From Klebsormidium nitens (Eukaryota > Plantae > Klebsormidiophyceae), in NCBI GenBank assembly GCA_000708835.1, contig DF237032.1, positions 124,001 through 188,000 on the forward strand: DNA of 64,000 nt. The letters run 5' to 3'. The translations under genes and the position numbers were made by a program. Position 1 is the stretch's first letter, and every line of letters starts with the position of its first letter. Positions 12,501 to 24,789 of the stretch are shown here, piece after piece. The notes under the pieces were generated by a model. The model saw nothing but the letters and a program-made list of their open reading frames with translations, had not been told where the DNA came from and did no database searches.

Positions 12501-15500
12501 TCGCGCTCGGGTAAACGGCGGCACACTCTGAGGGCGGACGACTCGGACAACTCGCTGTTGCTGGACGAGGTCGAGAGGGGGTGGGGCCGGCATCCGGACG
12601 GTCCGTACGTTCCCCCGGGGGAGCCGACCGCGGCGGCGGCGTTTGTTCCGCCTGCCAGCGGGTGGGCGAATCGGGACGTCGGAGACGAGGACGGGGCGCA
12701 GCCGGCTACGGCCGGGGGGGCGCTGGCGAAAGCGGGGGCTGACGTCCAACCGGTTGCGGTGGACCTTTCCGTGGACTTCGATCAGGTCGGAGGGTTGGCG
12801 AACTACGTTGACGCCCTCAAGGAGATGGTGTTTTTCCCGCTGCTGTACCCCGACTTTTTTGCCAACTACCGCATCACCCCCCCTCGCGGCGTCCTGCTGT
12901 GCGGCCCCCCGGGGACGGGAAAGACGCTCGTGGCGCGCGCGCTGGCGGCCGCGGCGTCTAAGGCCGGGCAAAAAGTAACCTTCTACATGCGCAAGGGGGC
13001 GGACGTGTTGAGCAAGTGGGTCGGGGAGGCGGAACGGCAACTGAAGATGCTGTTTGAAGAAGCGCAGCGCAACCAGCCGTCGATCATCTTCTTCGACGAG
13101 ATCGACGGCTTGGCTCCCGTGCGGTCGTCGAAACAGGAGCAGATCCACAACTCGATCGTGTCGACTCTCCTCGCGCTGATGGACGGTCTAGATTCGCGGG
13201 GGCAAGTCGTGGTGATCGGCGCAACGAATAGAGTCGACGCGATTGACTCTGCGCTGCGTCGCCCGGGGCGCTTCGACCGCGAGTTCACGTTCCCGCTTCC
13301 AAACGCCGACGCGCGAGAGGAGATCCTCAACATCCACACGCGCAACTGGGCCAGACCGCCGACCAAACCTTTGCTGGAGGAGGTAAGCTTTGGAAATTGC
13401 GTGGAAGAAGCAGGGTCTAAATGTTGGAATGGTATCTCGTCAAAGCACGCTCGTTGGAGCTCGTGACACGAGCAGAAATACTGAGGCCGATTCTCCGTTG
13501 CCCCAAGTATGCTGCCGACAAAATGTGCTGACGAACTCTCCTTTTTCACGGTTCTGCTGGAAAGGTGCTTCGAATCGGATTGTGTTCGAAGCACCATAAA
13601 ACCAGGACATCTTTGCAATTCTGGAATCTCTATTGTGCTTTTTGGCAGAGTATAAGATCCACGTTTCAATGCAAACCTGGCGGCCACGTGCATCGATTTG
13701 TCGGCACGAACTCGAAAGGGCTGTAGGGTAACCCATGTCACCGCATTTATAGACCCACCAATGGCATCGTATCTCTCACGAGCAATCTACTCCCTTCTGT
13801 ACAGCTGGCGGCGACGTGCGTTGGATACTGCGGAGCGGACCTGAAAGCGCTCTGCACGGAGGCAGCCATCCGGGCGTTCCGGCACAAGTACCCGCAGGTT
13901 TACCAGAGCGACGAGCAGTACGTGATCGACGTGGACTCAGTCGTCGTGGAACGGCAGCACTTTGTCGAGGCCATGGCAGCCATCACGCCCGCCGCACACA
14001 GGTACGGCCGGCAGACCCCTCCCCCCTTTTGTGCTTCATGGAATAGTGCTTCGAATGTCGTTACGCCGTTTTTTTGTTGGTTGATTGGGCTTACGGTGTG
14101 CCACTGGCGACTACCGTCTGCCTTTTACCGCGGACTTCCCTGTCCATTGACTCTTCCTTCTTGTGGTCGTAGCCTTGTATTCAGCCGACTCATCCAGTGT
14201 TGTTTCCGCGTGAACAGAGCTGTCTGCCGTTAAGATATTTTCGCGATCGACAAAATGAGCCTGCCAGGGTACCTCTCTGGCTTCCGGTATCTTTTTACCA
14301 GATTTAGCTTCGAGACCGCTTGAACCTGGGCTGTTCGAACATGGTTAAGCATCCACTCCTGTTCGCTCATTTTGAGCAGCCCCTGCCTCTGAAACGCCGA
14401 CTCCGCTCGGGCATTGTTCAGTGGATCTCTTTTGTTGAGTAGAATCCGTTTACGGCTGAAGTCATTGGTAAACCCCTCTTCACAGGTCCGCCGTAGTGCA
14501 TGCCCGCCCCCTGCCTCCCTTGGTCCGTCCAATCCTGGACAGCCACCTGGCAGCCCTCCTGGCCGCCACGAAGGACATCTTTCCCGCCTTTGGAGCAGAC
14601 TCTACGGCGGACGACTCGCTCTCGTGGGAGGGCGACTTGGAGGGAGAGAACGAGGCGGATTTAGGGCGACTCTTCTCCTCTGTGCCGGGCTCGAGTGTCG
14701 CCTTCGTACAACGGCCACGGCTGCTGCTGTCGGGAAGACGAGGGGCGGGCCAGGTACGGGTTTCATTGTTGACACTGCTTCTGGTTATCGACGTGCTGGG
14801 CATCGGACTTTCCCCACTTCGCCATTACAAGAACAGGTCGATGTTGATGCAAGTCTGTGTCTTTGCCCTGCTCCCTTGATTTTCTCCGTTGGCGGCAATT
14901 GAATGTTGACGCTTCAAATTCTAGAAACGTCAGAAAATGAGTTCACTTCGAAAGCTCATCCCATCAAACCTCAGCACGTGGACCGCACTCCGCTACAGTG
15001 ACTGAGGCTGCTTAATTTGTTTTCGACGCCGCCCCTGTGTCTGGATTTTGCAAAACTCTCATCCAATCTGCATGAACTGCGGAGCTTAAACACGGAGGGA
15101 GGCCTTCTAAATCGCTGACATATTCCTCCTGTTCAGGACCATTTGGGCCCTGCGTTGCTGCACGAACTGGAGCAGTTCCCGGTGCACTCCCTCGGCCTCC
15201 CGTCACTCCTCTCCGACCCTGGCGCCAAGACCCCGGAAGAAGCGCTCGTGCACATCTTCGGCGAGGCGCGCCGTACCACGCCCGCCGTGCTCTACCTGCC
15301 GCACCTGCCCCTCTGGTGGAGCACGGTGAGGATCTGTTTATGGTTGGATCAACGATTTGTCCGTCGTCATTCATACCCGTGGAATGGACTCTTTTTTTAA
15401 GCTTCCTTCTGAATTACTCCATCAAGGGTGCACTTCTTCTCTTGGGCGTGCAAAGAAGATTCGTTGCCTGTGAATCTGTCTGCACATTGCCGAAGCGACT

Positions 15501-18500
15501 ACCAACCAAAGTGGGTTGCTTTCTTTCGGCCCTCGGCCCTGTGCATGCGCTTTAAAGTTTCGTACTCGTGTCTCAGATAATAATATCTCGTCGCCTGACC
15601 CTTCGAACATACCGAAGGAGAAGTCAAGGTTTTGTATCGCTTTCACGCTGATAGATCTCGCCGCGCTTTACCCGCAGGCGGACGACTCTCTGCGCGCCAC
15701 CCTGGTAATGCTCCTCGCCGACCTCCCCCCCGCCCTGCCTCTGCTTCTCCTGGGCACTTCCGATGTACCGGAGGAAGAGCTAGACCCCGAAGCACGCGCT
15801 ATCTTTGGCCGTCACATGTAAGCCGTACCCTTATCGTAAGATTCTCTGTGTTTGTGCTATCCATGTATCGCACAGGATAGGCACAAAGTCCTATTGTGTG
15901 CCTATCTTGTGCCTATCCTGTGCACTCTTGAGTTCGATTGCTGGGGTCTGCAAACAGCTTGCATGGGTTGAATGTGCTGCTTTCTGCGCCATTTCTCTAA
16001 ACCAGGTGGTCTGCAGAAACGGCTATCAAACCTCTAAAGGTGCCCTTCCCATCAAGGTCCTGGTTTATTCATCGCTCGTGGGGGCTGGGGACTGCAACGA
16101 GGCCGCCTTCAAGTTTCACGTTGTATCTTCTCGCCCTCTCTCTGCATCTCCTCGCCCTCATAAGTGACTGAAAACCTCACGCTCATTTTCGCAGACACTC
16201 AATCCGCGCCAGCACCTCCTCCGAGCGCGAGGCGTTCTTCGACCCCGTTCTACGCGCCGCCGCTGCAGTCCCCCGACTAATACGAAATAAGAAGCCCGCC
16301 GCTCTTCCAGAGCTTCCGAAAGCCCCGCGGCAGCCGCGAGAGCCCACCGAAGCGGAGCTGGCAGCGAAAGCAGCGGACGAGGAACAGGCGTTACGAAGAC
16401 TGAGAATGTGCTTCCGGGATGTATGCAATCGGTGAGTATCTGCAGTGTTCACAGCAGTCCCTTGTACTCTGCTCATCTTCAAGAATGCAGAAACAGCAGC
16501 CGAAGTATGTGGCAAGAGCCATTGCCGGGGCTTTAACAAAGACATGTAACCTGGTGCTAGTCTCATAGCGAATTAGACAGATCCAAGGATCCTCCTTCTG
16601 TGAAACATATTAAGAGCCGTTGCTAGAACGACATACGATATTTGCTGCCGATTTTCTATCAGAACACGGTGCCTTACTTTTAGATGCCAGTACTAAAGCC
16701 CTTTGAACGCTGTCTTTCAGAATTAAGCAGAAACTCCATCAGCAGCCACTCCCGGCAGGGGACTCTCGAGTCCTAGTACGAGAACGAAGCACGTTCAAAG
16801 AGCTATTCAGAGCCCATATTTTCGCTTCCCAACTGGGTCTTTGTCTGAGATTGTATAAGCTTGGGTCCATTCCGTATGAAGCCTAGTCCTTATTTTGAAT
16901 CTTGGGCTGGGCTTCTGGAAACACGTCTTATTTCTTGCTGCCTGGGCACTGCTTAAAGCTGCGCTCCACTCTACCTTAGAGGGAGACATTCCTTTTCCCG
17001 CCCCAGGCTGCTGCTGGAGAAGAAGTTCGCTGACTTCCACTACCCCATCACCGAGGAGGAATACCCCGGGTACCGGGAGGTGATTGCCCGCCCCATGGAC
17101 GTGGCCAGTCTGCTGCGCGGGGTGGACGGGGGGGAGTACCCGGTCAAGGCTTTTTTTCTGGCGGACGTCGACTTGATAGCGGAGAACGCCAAGGTGGGCG
17201 ATCGTCCGTGCCCGTGTTCAATCTGCTTGGCCTCGTCTTTTCGTCAGCAGAAGTCTCTTGTTTGGATGTATCCGTTGCGGTTGTTATACGTTCTTGCGAT
17301 TGTGCGACGCTACGAAGGGGCAGCTTCCGAGTCTAGCTGGTCTTTTCTCGAAATCGAAACGATTTGTTGACGAACCACTGGAAGTATGGCAATACGTAAT
17401 TTTGTCTCGCGACAAGGAAAGCTGCTTCGTCTAGGCGCTGATGACTCCTTAACTATCGACCCTGCTAATGCGGTCCTTTTCACCTTCTAAATGATGCCCT
17501 CAAGCGTTCCTTTGTTGACAAAGCAGACGCGCCTGCAGTCTTATGACCTTCTTCCAAACTCTGCAGGCTTACTTTGGAGAGTACCCTCAGGAGGCCCGGT
17601 ACATTAGCAGAGCGTTTGCGCTCAAGGATGTGGTAAGCGCTCCAAGTTCTGCCTTAAGAAGCGCTCCTTTTTGGACGTCGGACCATTCACAGCTTACAAC
17701 CAAAATTTGAGAGTGTTTGCTATTCGGCCTCGTTTTATTGAGCTCGTAGCATTTTGGGCGGTTTTGGGTCCATCTTCTCGCTTAGTTCTGCACCCCGAGA
17801 GGAACAAGAAGCATCTGAGACAGTGGTTTGTGACCGAGTGATAAATGAACCTGGATCGTGTACCAAATGAGTTGGTCGGTTCTAACTTCACACTTGTTCC
17901 TTCGCAGGTGTACAGTATGCTGTCCCAGCTGGACCCGAACTTAGTAAAGCAAACCGACGAGATAGCAGCACGCGGCGGCCCCGTCGCGGCCCCACCGTCC
18001 AAATTTAACATTCCCGTTCACACCCGGTTCGCACCCCCCCCGGTCGCGCGCACAAGTGCGCGGTTACGGGGCGTGCAGCCAAACGTAGATATTCACAACT
18101 CGCCGGAGGTGCGGCGGGTGCGGCGCGGGAGCGAGGGCGCGAGGATGGAAAAAGGAGCGATGGCGAATGGGGAAATTGCGGACGGACTGGATTCGCAAGG
18201 GGTGCCGGAAGCGGAGAATGTGGTGAGTAAAGAGGGCGGGGCGGATGAGCCGGCGAGTCAGCCGGAGGAGACTGGTGAAGCGATGGACGTGGATCCGGGG
18301 GAGCCGGTGGCGGCACCGATCGAGCCGCCAGAAAAAGAAACGGAAGTGGTCAAAGAGCAGATTAGAAATGAGTCGGGAGCAGCGGGTGTGGCGGCAGGTG
18401 AGGACGCGGGTCCGAGTGCCAGTGGTAAAGCAGGCGAAGCAGTTGTAGAAGTAGAGGAGAAGCAGCCGGAAGTGACCCCAGAAATGAAGGCGGAGTATGC

Positions 18501-18696
18501 TCGGCGAGTGGCGGAGATAAAGGTGGCGCTGATCAGGCAGACGGCGCGGTTGACGGTGGATAGGTTGGAGGGGGTGAATGCGTGCTTGTGTCGATTAGTG
18601 CACAGCCATCGTCGGAGCGTTGACAGGACACCGCTGCTTGAGGCGCTGGATGTGTTTGTAGGAGAGGACAACAACTTTCTTGATGACGAGCAATAG
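9593..18696 (+). CDS. ATAD2: ATAD2/Yta7-like AAA+ ATPase with bromodomain, about 14 exons
   Basis: Acidic/disordered N-terminus with RRSSRKRKPS. AAA1 in exon ~12447-13382 with GPPGTGKT, IIFFDEID and SRH ALRRPGRFDREF. Degenerate AAA2 (RPRLLLSG, VHSLGLPSLLSDPGAKTPEEALVHIFGEARR). Bromodomain YREVIARPMDV...DVDLIAENAK (~17006-17191). Stop at 18696. Confidence 0.94.
15870..15923. repeat. 16-bp perfect inverted repeat in an ATAD2 intron
   Basis: gcacaggataggcaca (15870-15885) / tgtgcctatcctgtgc (15908-15923). Confidence 0.85.
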
Positions 18697-19688
18697 CGGG
18701 GGTCTTATGCTTGATCAAATCTTTGCTTGTCATCAAATCGTATTGGCAGCATCCGATCGACTCATTTGATACGAATAATTTCGAGGCGCGGCAACCTACA
18801 GTCGTGATTTGCTGCCTTGAATTTAATGATTGCATGCGGAGTATGGTAAAACACTGCATGTGCACACGTGAAGTGGCATGTGGTCGGAAACGTATCATGC
18901 ATGGGCTGCAAATCTCGGCATGCGCCAGCAAAAACCACTCCAGAGGGAATCATTGAGATATATTCTCATTGGCCGGCGGGTCGTTCATTCAAAGCACGGT
19001 GGAATCAGTAGATACTTGGATACGATGTTCAGCTACTAGATGCTCCTTTCAGCCGAAGCACGGGCCATTTGCAGGTACATGCAGGGCAGAAGACACTAAA
19101 CTAGTAACCGACAACCTTCAATGTCAGCAGATTGAGGGCTGCAGTTGCACGATCCTCACACATGCTTTTCCTGCGTATCAAAAAAGGCATGCACCGTCGC
19201 TGCAGCCAGCACTGCTTTTTCGTCAAAGATATCCGATCATTGAACAGTCATCTTTGAAAAAGATTGCACGCACAACACACAAAGTCGTTGCAGATGACAA
19301 CGCTAGCTACTTAACCTGGCTGCTTGCACCTGCTTTGCCATTCTGTCACAGTGATAGCCCCGCTAGCGTGTCCTGCATCGTCACAGGCCGCCAGATTGGG
19401 GCACCTAGACCGGCATGGTTCTAATTTTCTAAACCTAGACCTAAACGAGCATACACACAGGGAAGGCCAGTCTCGCATTACTGGTTCCCAAAGCCTGTTC
19501 ACTACCAGGCCCGCTTGAGCAAACCTCCGGTGCTTTGCACCCCCCTTGCCCTTCAGCCCACTACTGAAGACGACCCCACCCACTCAAGGGGATCCCCCTG
19601 CATGAGAGCCCCCCAGGGAGGGTCGGCCACGCCCCCCCCTGGAGGCTGCTACCTCCACCTTCCCCAGGAAAGTCTTCCACTGAGCACC

Positions 19689-22600
19689 CTACTTTTGCTT
19701 CAGGCACTCCCCGGTGGGCTCGGTGATCGCATCCTTTGCGCCGGTGTCGACGGCCTTGGTCGCACCCATCATGGCGAGCTGCGAGTTGGAGCGGTTGAAC
19801 TGCATGTGGCTGCGCACCAGCTGGCCCGCCGCCAGCGCTGACATCAGCGACAGCTCGCCCGCCAGCACCGCGCCTGCAAAGAGGGGCAAAGCAAGCAGTT
19901 AGACGGGGAGCACAGTTTGAGAAGAAGTGATTCCGAAAAATTTGATGTTTCTTCAGCTTAAAGACATGCCACCAAGCAAGCAGCCGGATGAAGGTTTCAA
20001 AAAACGTGGACAAGTCCGTCCAAGACCAAAGACTGCCTGAATACTGAGACTTTTGGCATGCAGGTTCATGCCGTTTCGATCCCACAAGTGAGAATTTCAT
20101 ATGCAGGTTCGTTTCGTTTTGATCCTACAGCAACACTATCCATAGCACCTCTGGGAAAGTGGTGTGGTTTTGATCCTACAACCACACCCTGCAATAGATG
20201 CAGCAACATATGCACAGAAGCGCCAAAGCCTTCTCCATGCAATCAGGCGGGACTGAAAGGTTGTGTCCTCACCAGCCACAATCCTGGCCAGTTGCTGTGC
20301 GTTTGCCCCGGGCCGATCCAGGTTCGCGCCTTTCACCCCCAGCAGATTCAGCGCCGCGCTCTGCGCCGCGAGGTGCGTCCCGCCCCCCACCGTGCCCACC
20401 TCGAGCGAGGGCATCGTCACTGAGACGTGCAGATCGCGCCCCCCGTTTGCCGCCTCCATGAGCGTGATGCACTGGCTGCTCTCCACGTTCTGGGCGGGGT
20501 CTTGGCCGGTTGCGATGAAGAGCGCCGTGACGATGTTGGAGGCGTGAGCGTTGAAGCCACCGATCGCGCCAGCCATCGCGGAGCCCGTCAGGTTCTTGAG
20601 CATGTTGAGCTCGACGAGGGCGGGGATGGTCGTCTTCAGAACCTTTGACACCTGGCAGGGGAAAAGGACAGGTGGCGTGTGTTAGAGGTGATAAGGGTGG
20701 ACGGAGTTCACATCCTGTCTCAGCGAGGGGCCAATTTTAAGTGTTAAGGTGAGGCAATATGTTTTCATCATGGGACTCCACCTCCATGGTGAGTGATGAC
20801 AACAAGCAGTACAGTTTTACCTGGAAAGCAATTTGATTGTTAAAGCTGGGTGGAACATCATACGCCAGCTGCCAAGCTCCTGACACTTCAGCGCAGGGGG
20901 GGAGGGGATTAGCAATCTTCAGGCTATTGCTATGTGATCAGGCCCTTCTAAATCTACATAACTTGAGGCAGCAAACAAGCAAAAGCACGCACAGTTTGGC
21001 AGTAATAGAGGATGCTTTGACCCTCCACTTCAAAGCATACTAAGCAAGTTAATCCTCCCTAGCAGAGCCAATTCTGGCAGGATGTTGCGCAAGATATTGC
21101 ATTCCCAAATTTGCTCATACTCACCGAGCAAGCAAACTCTAACAGAGAAGCGGTTTTGATTTCATTCCTTCAGTCCACTTCCATCCAACTGCATTCAATA
21201 CAAAGTGTTTTCAATCAATTCAAATTGAATGAATATGGAATTCAGACTCACCACTGCGCCGCTGATGGTCGCCTCGCAGACGACCGACTTGCCGCGGCCC
21301 TCGATCCAGTTGATCGCAGTCGGTTTCTTGTCTGAGCAGTAGTTTCCAGAGATGCTGATAATCTCCATGTCGGGAAAAGCCTTGACCAGGTAATCCAGAA
21401 CGTTGTTCACGCCCTTTGACACCATGTTCATCCCCATGGCGTCCCCTGTCGTGCAGCAGAAGCGCATGTACAGGTTGCGCCCGGCCACCGTGCATTTGAT
21501 GTCCTGCAGGCGCGCAAACCTGCGAGCAAAGTGAGGGATAACAAAGTTAGAACCCTAGCTCAAAGAACAGACACTATCAGGAAACCACATTAATAGTCTC
21601 TATTGGTATAAGGCTCCTGCAGGGAAGAGAGCATCATATCCGACTTGCAAAAGACAATTTGTGGAAGAAGAAGTCTGCAGAAGTTGCTATCCGGGTCAGC
21701 TTGTGCAAGAGGTCTCAGCGTACAATCGAAAGCACGTACCTAGTTTGAAGTACAACAGGAGGGAGTTGTAAGAAAAGCTACGGTCATGCTAGCTTTGAAT
21801 GGAAGGCTAATAATCAGGTGATGCTTGAAGGAGTACGAAACCACCAGTACTCAGGATAGCAATCCAAACCAGCGTGCATTAATGATGTTTATCTGCACTG
21901 CCAGCTTTTCAGTCCACAGGAGTCAAAAAAGCTCTTTTTGGCTCGGATCAAAAGAAGCTGAGATGTTGCATTAGCTTTGCGCGAGTCAAAAGTAATGACA
22001 TCTGCTGATTGCTTAGGTTGCTAGAGATTGCCTTTAACTGAGGAAAAGTAATAGAAGAGACTGATTGCGTTTGATTCATACTCCAATCGATTGATAGCTC
22101 TCAAAATGAAGCAGGTGAGGCCTGAGAGAGCCCTCTTCACCTCTGTGGAACCTACATCAGGCGGCTGCATGTGCAAATGAGCCCTAAGAAGAGACCAAAA
22201 ACCGAAACAAGTACTCGAGGTGAAGTGACAAACTTGCCACATCTGGAAAAGAGCAAGCCTTGGAACTCAAATCAGCCATCCTTTGATATTTCCCTGGACA
22301 ATCCTCTTTCGTCATCTTCGTCAGACCATAAGGCATCTGATTCATAGGTTGTATAACTTCACGCTTCTGCAATTGATCTCCCAAAATTCAGAGACATACT
22401 TGACCAGACCACTTGCATTCGATACCACAATACGCAGCCCTGCAAGCAAGCCTCTGATTTGACATGTTGTCGGAAGTATTGTCAGAAATTTTGCAGAGAA
22501 CACAGCCTACAGCAAGATCAAACCTTCAGCAAGAACAGGCTCAATATTCTAATAACTGCTGTCCTACTACATGCCAACTTAACCCGGCGTGATCATTCCA

Positions 22601-23638
22601 AGAACGCAGGTCAGCAAAAGATCAAGTCTTGGTCACCAATTGGCAATGCAAGGCAACAGGATGCTGCAGATCAAATGCATGTTTGCCAAGCCCTCGCACA
22701 GCAACACATGCATCGACCCCACACCTGCTTGTCCGGTTGAACTCCTCAGCAACCGTCATGAAGTGCTCCGAGTCCTCCAGGAAGAACTTGAGCGCCGCCG
22801 CGCGCTGCGCCGATTGGAACCGCACAACAGGCGCGCGCGTCATCCCATCCCCCAGCAGAACGCTGCGGGCCCCTCCTGACTGGTGGATTGCCTTGCAGCC
22901 CCTGTTGGTACTTGCTACCAAGCAGCCCTCTGTAGTGGCCATCGGGATAGTGTATTCTACGCCGTCTAGCAACAAAGGTCCTGCCACACCTACTGGGATC
23001 TGTATATGTCCAATCACCATTTCGCAGCATGCGCCGATGACTGTGGAATAGTCCATGCCGTCTAGGGGGAGTCCGGAAAGCGACCTCCCCGTCCGCAGCT
23101 CTGCAGACCGTTTTCGGACCACCACCGCCCGCTGGCAGTCCCCGAGCTCCGTCTCCAATGTGTGAGAGGGGAGCTCCCCCACAGCAACCGCGCGTGCGAT
23201 CCGCTCATCCTCCTGATCTACAAGAGTCCTCCCATCTAGTTGCGGTGGAGAGCGCGCTACTTTGTGCAGCAAGACTGGTTCTTGGTGCCCCGCTGCGATG
23301 CCCTCATCCAGATCCTCGCTCGTTGACCTACCTATCGCATGCTCTACATAGTAAATGCCAAAGAAGCCAATCAGGTAAACAAACGACCCCAGCTCCGTAA
23401 CCAGAGCTAGCACGTCCTTCCAATTGAAGAGGATGAACGGCGTGTTGGTGAGATCCTTCTCCTTCCACCGGATCAGGAGGTGCCAGGTCGCGAGCAGAAA
23501 CGTCACGAAGAAGATGACGTTTGTGTACCGGATCGGTAAAGGAAGCCCATCGCTCGCCAAAGCCTGGGAGCGCCTCCGCTTTCTGCTGTCCTTAGAGTAG
23601 CTCTCAGGGCTGTAGCTTTGGGGCTGCGCCCAGGCCAT
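19689..23638 (-). CDS. HMGR: HMG-CoA reductase, class I, plant-type; exons ~23638-22725, ~21519-21250, ~20652-20270, ~19875-19689
   Basis: N-terminal KRRR, two TM helices, [45 protein letters not shown], catalytic His in SHMQFNRS. Confidence 0.97.
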
Positions 23639-24789
23639 AGCTCGAGGCCCTTGCGATAGATGGAATTACGGTCCAGATCTCATCTGGTTTTGGCACAATT
23701 CGCGGCGGCACCAATCCACGGAAAGAGCTCAAAGAAGCAGTTGCCGTGAAACAACAGGCAGCTGAATTCAAACAGATCAGCCCTTCCAAAGCTAGACAAG
23801 ATCGTGCAGAAGGCGAGCCCGTGTCTTTGAGAAAAGGCGTTTCTTGAGCTGCAAATGTGTTGGCTGTGCCCTGGCCCTCTTCGTGCTGAGGCTGCAGAGT
23901 GTGCTTTTCCGAGTCTTCTCGTCAAAAGGCGCGAACGGAAACTTTGAAACCGTAACGGAATGATGGGATCCGGCGTCCGCCTTCTGCTTTTGTCGTTTCC
24001 GCTGCGGATCTCAACCGCTTCTGACAATGACGTATGCATGACCATCTGCATGCTCTTGCCATGATCCAGGGCCGTCGATGGTCGGCATCTTACGGCTAGC
24101 AGCTACTCCTTCCATCTGGGAAAAGTCGAAACCCTGGCCAATTCAAAAGTAAAGTAAGAGGCGGGGCGCGGCCGCGCTGTTGCGGCGGCCTCGACGTACG
24201 TGACGGTAGGGACACGTTTAGTGGCGATCACGGCTGTATTGAAAGGTGCAAGAAAGACATTGAGGAATTTGTTGCTTCACTGTACAGGCCGACCTTTGCC
24301 GACTCAACCGAGAAGCGCTTGCCTCCTTAGTGGGTCGCTCTCACGTGCCTTGTGCCTTTCTGCCTTCTGAAAGCGTTTCAGCGTTTCAACATAATCCATG
24401 TAACCCGGCATTCCCCCTTCTCGGCAAGGAAAAAACACTGCCTATGTTTATGAGAATTCTTTCCAGCTCGAAGGATCTTCAAGACGTTCGTTCTGGAACG
24501 TAGTCGAAACGATGGCATCGGTAACCTTATCTTCTTGCACTCTCAAGCTGGCAAACTCATTGATGCGGCACCCCGTCACTCAAGAGCACAAAGGGCACCT
24601 AACACATATACATTGTTTGGCATTCAGCAACTGTAAAACCCTCGCTTTCACCTCTAAAGCCCTTCTTCTTGCAAGCAGTGCTGCAGACAGCAGAAGAGCA
24701 TCTACTAGCTGCACGGTAAGCTTTGGATGTGTGACCAGTACTTGAAGCCGCGAAGGCATGTGAACTCTTTCCAACTGAGCAACTGCTAT

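Noticed and set aside
12426-13741. Long antisense ORFs (240 aa, 252 aa)
   Set aside because: Shadow frames of the GC-rich ATAD2 AAA exon.
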